61,619 nucleotides of DNA from a virus. Its lineage: Duplodnaviria; Caudoviricetes. The stretch spans positions 1 to 61,619 of the IMG/VR virus record IMGVR_UViG_3300037465_000172, one strand, 5' to 3'. The translations under genes were made by a program, and so were the position numbers. This document shows, in pieces, positions 1-8,885 of the stretch (positions are counted from its first letter, which is position 1; every line of letters begins with the position of its first letter). A model generated the notes under the pieces. The model did not search any database. It was not told where the DNA came from and saw only the letters and a program-made list of their open reading frames with translations.

Positions 1-1
1 C

Positions 2-271
2 ACGCCTGAGCAGTGCTACGACTTTATGCTCGCGCAGTCTTATCAAGCGCTCGGAGCCTACCAAGCTGCTTGCGAGGTGCTGAACAAGTCGCGTGCCGGT
101 AGGCGCGCTGCGAAGCGCGGCGTTACGCTACCGACTTGCGTTCCTCCTACTCCGACATCCTCGGCTCCCTCGGTCACGGTTGTGCCGCCGATCGACACAT
201 CGAGTTACGTGACCCGCGAAGAGTTGCGTGAACGTGAAGACCGCATCATTCACACGCTGCGGAGCAAGTGA
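2..271 (+). CDS. C-terminal part of secreted protein whose N-terminus is at 61227-61619 (wraps genome ends)
   Basis: Frame is open from base 2 (TPEQCYDFMLAQSYQALG...) to TGA at 271; complements the open-ended ORF at the window end. Confidence 0.6.
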   Translation, partial: TPEQCYDFMLAQSYQALGAYQAACEVLNKSRAGRRAAKRGVTLPTCVPPTPTSSAPSVTVVPPIDTSSYVTREELREREDRIIHTLRSK

Positions 272-380
272 TTGTGTCGAAGTCAGTCGTTGTAATGGGT
301 AGCAATGTGAACTTTTCCGGAGTGGCATTTCTATGCTCTCCGGAGATTCACAGCTGGCTCGTGATGCGCGGGAAGTGAAC

Positions 381-1040
381 GTGGCAAAGCCGTTTGCATG
401 GTCGTATTCAGCGTTGACGCGCTTCGAGAACTGCCCGAAGCAGTACTGGCATATCAACGTTGAGCGGGATTTCAAAGACAAGGACAACGAATTCGCCGCA
501 GAAGGCAAAAAAATTCACGATGCGATGTACAAGCGCGTCGTCAAAGATATTCCACTGCCATTGGAATTCCGTTCGTTCGAGTCGACTGCCGCTAAGTTTG
601 CCACTGCACCCGGCGAAAAACGCGGAGAGATAAAGCTTGCGCTCAACGCCAAGATGCAGCCGGTCGACTTCTTCGCAGGCGATGTTTGGGTGCGGTCGAT
701 TGTCGATTTGCTGATTGTCAAGAGCGATGAGGCTATCGTCGTCGACTGGAAAACTGGCAAGGTGAAAGATGATCCGACTCAGATGGCGCTGTGTGCTGCG
801 GTGCTCTCGCGCTGGATGCCCGAGATCACGAAGTTTACGACGTTATTCGTCTTCCTAAAGCACCGCACTATTCTGCCGCACACGTTCACCGCGCGTGACA
901 TGTCGGGAATCTGGAATGCGTTTCAACCCCGCGTCGACAAGATCGAGCAGGCTCTGAAGACGACGACGTTTCCTGCCAAGTCGTCCGGGTTTTGCAAGTT
1001 CTGCCCGGTCACGAATTGCGTGCACAACACGCGAGGCTGA
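381..1040 (+). CDS. PD-(D/E)XK Cas4/RecB-like exonuclease
   Basis: WSYS..C P N-terminus, VD..DWKTGK motif, C-terminal CKFCPVTNC; probable GTG start at 381. Confidence 0.85.
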   Translation: MAKPFAWSYSALTRFENCPKQYWHINVERDFKDKDNEFAAEGKKIHDAMYKRVVKDIPLPLEFRSFESTAAKFATAPGEKRGEIKLALNAKMQPVDFFAGDVWVRSIVDLLIVKSDEAIVVDWKTGKVKDDPTQMALCAAVLSRWMPEITKFTTLFVFLKHRTILPHTFTARDMSGIWNAFQPRVDKIEQALKTTTFPAKSSGFCKFCPVTNCVHNTRG

Positions 1041-1041
1041 C

Positions 1042-1290
1042 ATGGCTATTCTTACGGACATGGCGACGCGCCCGATGTTGGCGGTGAAGACGGAAGTCAT
1101 CACCTTCAAACTGCACAAGGCGTTGGGGCACGCCATAGCTAAGATTGACGTTGAGTACTGCATAGATCGAGACCTACACGCAGTGTGCATTCATTTCAAG
1201 AACGGGCATAAGGTTAAGTGTTTTGAACATGAGATCAACTCGCCCGAGTTCCACGCGCAATGCATAATGCTTTACGATCTTCCGGGGTGA
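1042..1290 (+). CDS. hypothetical protein
   Basis: Tightly packed in the replication operon. Confidence 0.6.
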   Translation: MAILTDMATRPMLAVKTEVITFKLHKALGHAIAKIDVEYCIDRDLHAVCIHFKNGHKVKCFEHEINSPEFHAQCIMLYDLPG

Positions 1291-1293
1291 TGC

Positions 1294-1635
1294 ATGACGC
1301 CTGAAGGCAAAGTGAAAGCAGCGGTCAAGAAGCTGCTGAAGAAATATGAGGCTGATATCTGGACGCACTGGCCGGTTCAGACTGGCTACGGTGCGCCGAC
1401 ACTTGATTGTACTGGATCAGTGCGCTCGCGCCTGTACAGTTATAGCGGGTTGGCGTTCGCTATCGAGACCAAAACCCCCGGCGAGGGGCTCACGGCACGG
1501 CAGGAGGCGACGAAAGCCGCCATGGAGCGTGGCGGCGTTACGGTGTTTGTCATTGGCGAGTGCCGCGACGCGTCAGGCGATTACAGTGGGATGTGCGAGC
1601 TACAGCGATGGCTGGACAAGCACACGTATCCCTAA
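1294..1635 (+). CDS. VRR-NUC-like nuclease / resolvase
   Basis: MTPEGKVK start, GAPTLD, AIETK..LTARQ, GG.VFVI pattern. Confidence 0.75.
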   Translation: MTPEGKVKAAVKKLLKKYEADIWTHWPVQTGYGAPTLDCTGSVRSRLYSYSGLAFAIETKTPGEGLTARQEATKAAMERGGVTVFVIGECRDASGDYSGMCELQRWLDKHTYP

Positions 1636-3170
1636 AGCATCGGCGGTTCGTCGTCCCCTACGACGAGCGCATTGCAGGTGTCATCCCTGAGTGCCGCGAG
1701 CTATTTGCGCCTGAGCACGGGCGCATGCTTGCCGTGCCGCACACGCTCGAAGCCACGCGTTTCGCGCGCAACTGCGGCTTCAAAGTCGGTGCGCCGATTA
1801 ACTATTATTATGACTGGAATCGTAGCAAGCCGTTTCACACGCAGCGTGTGACCGCAGCGATGCTTACGATGAACCCGCGTGCGTTTGTACTTTCCGAGAT
1901 GGGCACCGGCAAGACGCGTGCAGCGCTGTTTGCGATCGACCATCTGATTTTTGAAGAGCGTATCCGCTGCGCACTCATCATCGCGCCGTTGTCGACACTA
2001 TCGGCGGTGTGGGATCGTGAGATTTTCCAGTACTTCCGACACCTCAAGACAATCGTGCTATACGGCTCGCGCGCTGAACGGCTGGCGAAGCTCAAAGAGG
2101 ATGCACACATCTACATCATCAACCACGATGGCGTAAGCGTGATCCGCGAAGCTCTTGTCGCCAAGGAAAATATCGACTGCATCGTCATTGACGAAGTCGC
2201 CGCGTTTCGTAATGCGCGCACTGAGCGATGGAAGAATCTGAACAACGTCGTTAACAAGCGCAAGTTTGTTTGGGGGCTTACCGGATCTCCAACACCCAAC
2301 GAACCTCCAGATGCATACGGGCAAGTGAAGCTGCTCATGCCACATAAAGTGCCGAGGCATTTTTCGCATTTCAAGAAAGCCACGATGCGGCAGGTTTCGC
2401 AGTTTCGTTGGGTCGCAAAGCCCGACGCCAACGACACGGTGTTCGAGCTATTTCAGCCTGCCGTGCGCTTTCGCCGTGACGAGTGCGTAGAGCTACCGCC
2501 TGTCAGCTTCACCGCCCGCGAGGTTGAGTTCTCGACGCGGCAGCAGGAAGTTTACGACAAGCTCTCTAAACACCTGCGATACCAGTACGCGCAGGGTGAA
2601 ATCACCGCTGCCAACGAAGGCGTACTGTTCTCGAAGCTGTTGCAGATCTCGGCAGGGTGGGTGTATACCTCACACACGCGCGAGATCATGTCGCTCGATC
2701 CTGCGCCCCGACTGAACGCGCTTGAAGGCGTGCTTGACGAGACGATTGCCAAGGTCATCGTGTTTGTCGACTTTATCCACGCCGCGCATGAAGTCTATAA
2801 ACATTTGCTTACGAAAAAATACGATGTTGCGTTGGTGACGGGCTCGACCCCGAAAGCCCAGCGCGATGTGCAGTTTAGGGACTTTCAGAACACGTCTTTT
2901 TTAAAGGTTCTGGTTGCGCATCCCAAGTGTATGAGCCACGGGCTTACTCTTACGGCAGCTTCTACGATCGTGTGGTATACGCCGACGACAAGCCTTGAGA
3001 CTTACGAGCAAGCGTGTGCGCGAATCACGCGCCCCGGTCAAGATAACAAACAGCTTATCGTACACTTGACAGGGTCCAAGATTGAAGTCAAGCTCTACAA
3101 AAGACTGCAAGCCAAAGCAGACTTGCAGGGCGCTCTACTAGAAATGTTCGAGGAAGGTGAATCGCTATGA
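1608..3170 (+). CDS. SNF2-family (SF2) helicase
   Basis: EMGTGKT, DEVA (DExx), TGSP, HGLTL, QACARITRPGQ; probable ATG at 1608. Confidence 0.9.
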   Translation: MAGQAHVSLKHRRFVVPYDERIAGVIPECRELFAPEHGRMLAVPHTLEATRFARNCGFKVGAPINYYYDWNRSKPFHTQRVTAAMLTMNPRAFVLSEMGTGKTRAALFAIDHLIFEERIRCALIIAPLSTLSAVWDREIFQYFRHLKTIVLYGSRAERLAKLKEDAHIYIINHDGVSVIREALVAKENIDCIVIDEVAAFRNARTERWKNLNNVVNKRKFVWGLTGSPTPNEPPDAYGQVKLLMPHKVPRHFSHFKKATMRQVSQFRWVAKPDANDTVFELFQPAVRFRRDECVELPPVSFTAREVEFSTRQQEVYDKLSKHLRYQYAQGEITAANEGVLFSKLLQISAGWVYTSHTREIMSLDPAPRLNALEGVLDETIAKVIVFVDFIHAAHEVYKHLLTKKYDVALVTGSTPKAQRDVQFRDFQNTSFLKVLVAHPKCMSHGLTLTAASTIVWYTPTTSLETYEQACARITRPGQDNKQLIVHLTGSKIEVKLYKRLQAKADLQGALLEMFEEGESL

Positions 3171-3553
3171 CAACTCCGATTGAGAAGGTTGCGCAGTACA
3201 TCAAGCTGCGCGACTACAAAAAAGCCGCTGAGGATGAGTTCAAGAAGAGCTTAGAGCGCGTAGTGGAAGCCATGAAGAAGCTCGAAGCAGATCTTCTGGA
3301 GTATCTGAACTCGACCGGCTCCGACACGCTCTCCGCCAAGGGTGTCGGCACCGTCTACCGCTCGAAGCGTTCAAGCGCAACGGTTGAAGACCCCGAAGCG
3401 TTCATGGCTTGGGTGCGCGAGCAGGAAGCATGGAATGCGCTTGACATCAAGGCCAATAAAACTTTCATGGAAGAGATGGCCAACGCTGGCGACATTCCTC
3501 CCGGCGTTAAGTTTTCTATCGATCACACTGTCAACATCCGGAGGCCGAAGTAA
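3167..3553 (+). CDS. conserved phage replication-module protein (coiled-coil)
   Basis: ATGA overlap with helicase; helical N-terminus, GTVYRS, PPGV C-terminus. Confidence 0.65.
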   Translation: MTTPIEKVAQYIKLRDYKKAAEDEFKKSLERVVEAMKKLEADLLEYLNSTGSDTLSAKGVGTVYRSKRSSATVEDPEAFMAWVREQEAWNALDIKANKTFMEEMANAGDIPPGVKFSIDHTVNIRRPK

Positions 3554-4800
3554 TGTCTGTTCCAGTAAAAGTTCAGAAGATGCAGCTGCCCGCTGTCTTC
3601 AAGGGCGTTGATTTGCGTGCGGCAACGAGTGAGTTTTCCGCAGGTGTTGCTGCGGGCTTCCCGGTCATCTCGTACCGGGGCAAGGTATGGCGTGTCCGCA
3701 AGGGCGGCACCGAAGAGAACTACGTTAATGAGGACGGTGATGCAATGCCGTCGATCGAAGTAGTGCTCGTCCGTGCCAATCCGCACCTGTCGAAGATTTA
3801 CTACGAGCAGGGCTACGAAGAAGGCTCGAACGACAAACCGCGTTGCTGGTCGGCTAACAGCGTCAAGCCCGATGCCGAAGTTATCAATCCGATTTCGAAG
3901 AACTGCGCTACATGCCCGATGAATGCGTGGGGCAGCGGCAGGCCGACGCCGAGCGGCAGCAAGACTCGCGCGTGCGCCGACTCGCGTCGCGTCGCCGTGG
4001 CGTTCCATCACGAGATTACCGAAAAAGGCAAGGATGCGACGCTCCTGCTGGTTCGCATCCCCGCTGGCTCACTGAACTCGCTCAAGGAGTACAGCGAGCG
4101 TGTACTTGCGCCGCGCGGCATCTTGCCGTTTGCTGTCGGTACGCGCATCAGCTTCGATGCGCAGGTCGCGCACCCTAAGATGAAGTTCCGCGCTACGACG
4201 TTACTCGATGACGACGAAGCCGCTGCCATATTGGTCCTGCGGGAGAGCGAAGAAGCGCTGCGCATTCTCGCCAAGGCCGATGAACTTGCGGCGGTGGGAA
4301 CTACCGGTTTTGACCCGACTCAATCCGAAGACGAACCGGCTCCCGCCGCTGCGAGTGCTTCCAAGAAGGCGCGTTCGCGCGTGGTCGACGAGGATGACGA
4401 AGCTCCGGCTCCCGCACCTGCAAAGGCGAAGCGCGTGCCGGTCACGGTTGATGAGGATGACGAAGCTTCGGCTCCGGCTCCGGCTCCGGCTCCCGCTCCC
4501 GCTCCCGCACCTGCAAAGGCGAAGCGCGTGCCGGTCACGGTTGATGAGGATGACGAAGCTTCGGCTCCGGCTCCGGCTCCGGCTCCCGCTCCCGCTCCCG
4601 CACCTGCAAAGGCGAAGCGCGTGCCGGTCACGGTTGATGAGGATGACGAAGCTCCGGCTCCGTCGAAGTTCAAGACCAAGAAGTCCGTGCCGACTACGGT
4701 CGACGAGGATGACGAAGCTCCGGCCCCCGCGTTCACCGCTAAGAAGGTAGCCAAGAACAGCGACTTCGAGTCGATGCTGGACTCGATTCTGAAGAGTTGA
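3553..4800 (+). CDS. putative ssDNA-binding/annealing protein with repetitive acidic Pro/Ala tail
   Basis: PRCWS..CATCPMN..GS..AC core; position in replication module; acidic C-terminus. Confidence 0.6.
   Translation: MSVPVKVQKMQLPAVFKGVDLRAATSEFSAGVAAGFPVISYRGKVWRVRKGGTEENYVNEDGDAMPSIEVVLVRANPHLSKIYYEQGYEEGSNDKPRCWSANSVKPDAEVINPISKNCATCPMNAWGSGRPTPSGSKTRACADSRRVAVAFHHEITEKGKDATLLLVRIPAGSLNSLKEYSERVLAPRGILPFAVGTRISFDAQVAHPKMKFRATTLLDDDEAAAILVLRESEEALRILAKADELAAVGTTGFDPTQSEDEPAPAAASASKKARSRVVDEDDEAPAPAPAKAKRVPVTVDEDDEASAPAPAPAPAPAPAPAKAKRVPVTVDEDDEASAPAPAPAPAPAPAPAKAKRVPVTVDEDDEAPAPSKFKTKKSVPTTVDEDDEAPAPAFTAKKVAKNSDFESMLDSILKS
4387..4730 (+). repeat. coding tandem repeats: two exact 93-bp units plus partial units (DEDDEA-(AP)n-AKAKRVPVTV)
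   Basis: Units start at 4450, 4543 and 4636; five DEDDEA motifs. Confidence 0.95.
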
Positions 4801-4805
4801 CGACT

Positions 4806-4870
4806 TCAGGGGCTCGTGTGGGGCTGTCAGGGAGGGTTACAAATCCCCCTCCTACCGCACGAGCCCCTGA
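4806..4870 (+). other. long intergenic hairpin
   Basis: TCAGGGGCTCGTGTGG pairs with CCGCACGAGCCCCTGA (16 bp, one G-U); inner GGAGGG/CCCTCC stem. Confidence 0.8.
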
Positions 4871-4919
4871 TCTCCGGGGGTTGACGGAGCGGATCTCCGG
4901 GGGTTGACGGAGTGGATCT
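4869..4919 (+). repeat. 23-bp tandem direct repeat x2 (GATCTCCGGGGGTTGACGGAGYG) overlapping the primase start
   Basis: 4869-4891 and 4892-4914, plus partial GATCT. Confidence 0.9.
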
Positions 4920-7839
4920 TAGAGACTTCCTTTTGACCGTGGTGCCACAAGGGCTCATGGTCGTCGCAAAGCGCGTGGAGAACATCGGCCCGAGCGGTGT
5001 TTACTTCACCTTTTTCCATGCGTGTCTGGAAAGCCTCAGTGACGCGATCGAAACCATTCAGGAATTTGCTGCCGACAGATACGACACCTATTTCGCCCTT
5101 GCGTCCTATCGGCAGGGGTTTCATGAAGGCCCCCCGGACTCGAAGACTGGCAGGCGCAAGCGCGTGCTGCGCGTCAGGGACAACGTCGAGGCGCTTAAGG
5201 CCCTGTGGCTTGATATCGACTTTAAGAAGGGTTACGCCAACCCCGCCGCCGCCGTGGCCGCCCTGCAGGCGTTTTGCAAAGTCACGGGATTGCCCGCCCC
5301 TGCCATCCTCGTAGGCTCAGGGAACGGCGTGCACGTTTACTGGCCGCTTGATGAGGCTGTTTCGCTGGACCGCTGGCTGAGGCTCTCTGAGGCGCTCAAG
5401 CGCGCTGCCAAACAACACGACCTGAAGGCCGACCTAGCTTGCACCGGAGACGCTTGCCGGGTCCTGCGACCCCCCGGTACGTGGAACTTCAAGGACCCGG
5501 CAGCCCCAAAGCCCGTCAAGATTCTATACGCGAGTGGCAAAACGTTTGACTACAACACGCTGGACGCCGCTTTGCTCCCATGGGTGCGCGCCAGCGCCCC
5601 CATCTCTTCGACCATCTCTGCCGCTGTGCTGGCAGAGTTTACCGGGGGTATCAAGACCAGCAAGAGCGAGCCCAGCCAGTTCGAAGAGATCGTCAAGCAC
5701 TGCGCCGTGGCGAAGCACCATGCAGACACGCATGGTAAGGACGCAACGGAGCCCGAGTGGACCGCCATGCTTCAGCTGTTGCGGCACTGCGAGGATGGTG
5801 AGCAATGGGTGCATTCCGTCAGCAACGGGCACCTTGGATATTCCGAGCGCGCGACTGAGATAAAATGGCGGCAGCGCCAGCAGAACACCGCAGGACCGAC
5901 GCTATGCTCTACGTTCGAGGCGTACCGCAAGGCAGCGTGCCAGCTTTGCCCGCATTATGGGTTCGTCAAAACGCCCTTGCAGCTTGGCATCGGTGACGTC
6001 GCGCCGGTTGACGGACTTCCGTTCGGTTGGCGCGCTGCGCCCAACAAGGCGGGTATCGAGCGTCTCATGGTTATCGATCGAGGAAGCGGAAAGACTGAGC
6101 AGGAGTGGGTGAAAGTTTTGCGTCACATCCCCGTGAGGCTACGTGCAACGCGCAGCGTGGTGACAGGGCGCTACGACATCCAGTTTGACGTTAGTGTCAG
6201 GGATTCAAGGCCGTGGTCGGTGCATCTGCCCGGAGCAGCGTTGGGCAACCCCCGAAAGCTAACCGAGCAGCTTGCCGATTGCGGCCTTGTTTTTAAAGGA
6301 TCTGAACCGAAGAGCTTTCAGGAACTTATGAGCACGTGGCTTGAGAAACTGCAAGCGGCACGCCGTATTGCAGACGTCACCGAGAATCTCGGCTGGCTGA
6401 TTATCGAGGAAGGTGGCGAACAGAAATTCGTCGGCTTCTCGTGCGGGTCCACTACGTTTTATGCTGACGGACGCGTGCGCAACGACGTTCGTGCGGCACG
6501 CGAGTTTCGCGAAATTGCGAAGATGTACGAACCGAAGGGGACTATTGAGCCATGGAAGAAAGTAGCGAAGTTCGTTGCAGAGCAGAACAACCCGGCGTTT
6601 ACAGCAATTCTTGCAGCCGCTTTTGGAACTCCATTGCTGAGGTTTACGGGGCAGGCGGGCGCGGTACTATCAATTGTTTCTTCTGCCAGCGGTGTAGGCA
6701 AATCGTCAGCGTTGAAAGTGTCACAGGCCGTGTGGGGCGCGAAAGACGGAATCAACTCGGTTGACGACACGCCGAAATCCGTCGCGCGCAAGCTCGGCTT
6801 CCTGAAAAGTCTTCCCGCTTACTGGGACGAGCTGCGCGGCAAGCAGACGGTCGAAGAGTTCACGAAGCTCGCGTTTCAGATCACGCAAGGCAAGGAACGT
6901 ATGCGACTCGACAGCAACGCCGCCGTGCGCGAGACCGGATCTTGGGACACGATGGTGGTTGTCGCGTCGAATGAATCAATCTTCGATGCGATGGCGCGCT
7001 ACGCGGCTGGTACGGATGCAGGCGTCGTGCGTGCGTTCGAGATGAACGTCGAGCCGTTTGAGAGCGACCGCAACCGCGCGGAGATCGCGCTGTTGTTCGA
7101 GCATATCAGTTCAAACTACGGGCACGCGGGGCGCGTTTACGCCCAGTACCTCGCATCCCATGCCCCTGAAGTCGAGCAGCGCGTTAATAACACGTTTGTG
7201 CAGCTTGCCAAGATTGCGAATATGCAGGCGTCTGAGCGTTACTGGTTTGCCGTCATCACGATTCTGATCGTGGGAGCAAAGATCGCCAACGAGCTGAAAC
7301 TTACCGAGATCGACGTTCGCTCAATGACTAGCTACCTTCTACAGAATCTCACGCGGCTGCGGACCCGGACAAGTGGCGTGCGTTCGATGCTGGAGTCAAA
7401 CGAAGTGTTGGCGGCGTTCTTGCAGACCTATCAAGACCGCGCGTTGCACATCGACAAGTTTCCTTCGCCGCGCCAGAATGGGCGCAACTACCTCCCGGAC
7501 ATCTCGGGCGGCACGCCGCGAGCCGACAAACTCGCCTACGTGTTCAGTCGCGAAGAAAAGCTCCTGCGTATTCCGCAACAGGAGCTTCGTCGTTGGCTTG
7601 ATTTCCGTGGCTTACCGGTCTATTCGACCATCACGCGTATGGAACAGGAACTCGGGATGAAGACCGTCCGGGTTCGCCTTGGCATCGGGACGAAGTGGGA
7701 ACTGCCGCCACAGCGTTGCTACGAAGTGTCCACCAAGCATCTCGATGAACACTTCGACGCCATGGCGGCACAGGTCACACCGGACGATTCTTTGCGTCCC
7801 GCCGATAGCCCCGATTCTCAGCCCGAGACTGAACCCTGA
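4912..7839 (+). CDS. primase-helicase (AEP/RepB-like primase + DUF927-like + P-loop ATPase)
   Basis: WLDID, SGNGVHVYW, RVLRPPGT; SGVGKS Walker A, WDE Walker B. Confidence 0.88.
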   Translation: MDLRDFLLTVVPQGLMVVAKRVENIGPSGVYFTFFHACLESLSDAIETIQEFAADRYDTYFALASYRQGFHEGPPDSKTGRRKRVLRVRDNVEALKALWLDIDFKKGYANPAAAVAALQAFCKVTGLPAPAILVGSGNGVHVYWPLDEAVSLDRWLRLSEALKRAAKQHDLKADLACTGDACRVLRPPGTWNFKDPAAPKPVKILYASGKTFDYNTLDAALLPWVRASAPISSTISAAVLAEFTGGIKTSKSEPSQFEEIVKHCAVAKHHADTHGKDATEPEWTAMLQLLRHCEDGEQWVHSVSNGHLGYSERATEIKWRQRQQNTAGPTLCSTFEAYRKAACQLCPHYGFVKTPLQLGIGDVAPVDGLPFGWRAAPNKAGIERLMVIDRGSGKTEQEWVKVLRHIPVRLRATRSVVTGRYDIQFDVSVRDSRPWSVHLPGAALGNPRKLTEQLADCGLVFKGSEPKSFQELMSTWLEKLQAARRIADVTENLGWLIIEEGGEQKFVGFSCGSTTFYADGRVRNDVRAAREFREIAKMYEPKGTIEPWKKVAKFVAEQNNPAFTAILAAAFGTPLLRFTGQAGAVLSIVSSASGVGKSSALKVSQAVWGAKDGINSVDDTPKSVARKLGFLKSLPAYWDELRGKQTVEEFTKLAFQITQGKERMRLDSNAAVRETGSWDTMVVVASNESIFDAMARYAAGTDAGVVRAFEMNVEPFESDRNRAEIALLFEHISSNYGHAGRVYAQYLASHAPEVEQRVNNTFVQLAKIANMQASERYWFAVITILIVGAKIANELKLTEIDVRSMTSYLLQNLTRLRTRTSGVRSMLESNEVLAAFLQTYQDRALHIDKFPSPRQNGRNYLPDISGGTPRADKLAYVFSREEKLLRIPQQELRRWLDFRGLPVYSTITRMEQELGMKTVRVRLGIGTKWELPPQRCYEVSTKHLDEHFDAMAAQVTPDDSLRPADSPDSQPETEP

Positions 7840-8038
7840 GATTGCTGTCGGCGTTGGTACCGCCGCGAGACAGGGGCTTCTTGTGATCCACGTCTTTGCC
7901 GTCGCCTTTGCGCACGAGCCCCCTTTTTTCCATCTCTCGCCGTGCCTGATTGCGCATCGAGCGTTCTTTACGCGCTTCTGGACTTGCGTGGTACCGCTCG
8001 TAGTACTCCTTCGTCGACTCACGCGTTTGTTTTGCCAC
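7775..8038 (-). CDS. small HNH endonuclease-like protein
   Basis: DVDHKKPLSRGGTN..NL...N; GTG start at 8038 after AAGGAG. Confidence 0.8.
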   Translation of the reverse strand: MAKQTRESTKEYYERYHASPEARKERSMRNQARREMEKRGLVRKGDGKDVDHKKPLSRGGTNADSNLRVQSRAENRGYRRDAKNRPV

Positions 8039-8147
8039 CGAGTTTCTCCTTGACGAGCGCGTAGCCCTTGGCAAGCAGCGGTAGAACAAACGCGTGGCCG
8101 ATTGCGCCGACCACGACTCCGATCACCAGCCCTGACATGAAGTTCAT
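8019..8147 (-). CDS. 42-aa single-pass membrane protein (not in ORF track)
   Basis: AGGAGG then ATG; MNFMSGLVIGVVVGAIGHAFVLPLLAKGYALVKEKLGGKTNA. Confidence 0.7.
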   Translation of the reverse strand: MNFMSGLVIGVVVGAIGHAFVLPLLAKGYALVKEKLGGKTNA

Positions 8148-8193
8148 CACAGCCTCCTAAACAGCCTACGAAGCCATTCTCGCAACGCCCGTA

Positions 8194-8520
8194 TTACTCG
8201 ATTGAGCCATCCGTGGGCGCTTCCGGAGGGCTGAGATCGAAAGTCTGATTGTCAATCTCCAAAAAGTCCGACTCGTTGCCGCGCGCATCGACTGCCGTGA
8301 CATGAACGTCATGCAGTCCTTCGAGCCCTTCGAACTGCTGCATGTTTGCAGCGGGGTACCGAAGGAAGCCATCCGCATCCGCTGTGCGCGCCGGCTGATC
8401 GTCGAACGGAGTGTCGTACGCGGCAACTGTGTTTGCCCGACGCACGCGGAACCTGTAGGCGACCACATCGGCAGACGTTGAAGGTCGAAATCGAATCACG
8501 ATTTCACGTATTCGTGCCAT
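8194..8520 (-). CDS. fibronectin type III-like small protein
   Basis: VVAYRFRV...VHVTAVDARGNESD FN3 pattern. Confidence 0.6.
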   Translation of the reverse strand: MARIREIVIRFRPSTSADVVAYRFRVRRANTVAAYDTPFDDQPARTADADGFLRYPAANMQQFEGLEGLHDVHVTAVDARGNESDFLEIDNQTFDLSPPEAPTDGSIE

Positions 8521-8522
8521 AA

Positions 8523-8885
8523 CTACCTCACTTCAATTGCACCATTGCTTAGAGCCTCAATCGCGCCGTCGGTCGGCGCGCTGGGGCGTAGAAACTTGCA
8601 TGCTTGATTGCTGAACTCCGACTCTCCACCGATTGTGTTGGCAGTCACGACGAAGCATTGCTGCCCGCTCGGCTGCTGCGTCACCACAAACGACTGCGCC
8701 TGAGTCGTGCCTACCAACACGATCGGGGAACCGATTCGGTAGACACGATACGTGATTGGAAGGCGAATTGGCGAATTGTCGACGTTTCGCGTCGGTGCGG
8801 TCCATGAAAGGCAAGCCCGATCGGCCGGACACGCCGCCACTAACGAAGCCGCGAATGTCAGCAATGCTGTCAAGAACTTTTTCAT
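8523..8885 (-). CDS. exported FN3-domain protein, possible lipoprotein
   Basis: MKK + hydrophobic stretch + VAAC; LSWTAPT.N.D.S, YRVY, CFVVTA..GGESEFSN. Confidence 0.65.
   Translation of the reverse strand: MKKFLTALLTFAASLVAACPADRACLSWTAPTRNVDNSPIRLPITYRVYRIGSPIVLVGTTQAQSFVVTQQPSGQQCFVVTANTIGGESEFSNQACKFLRPSAPTDGAIEALSNGAIEVR

Noticed and set aside
381-1040. Cas4 as evidence of a CRISPR-Cas system
   Set aside because: Stand-alone phage exonuclease in a replication module; no other cas genes or array
4820-4870. Intact tRNA gene
   Set aside because: Only a T-arm-like 3' portion; no D or anticodon arms, and the T-loop has an extra base
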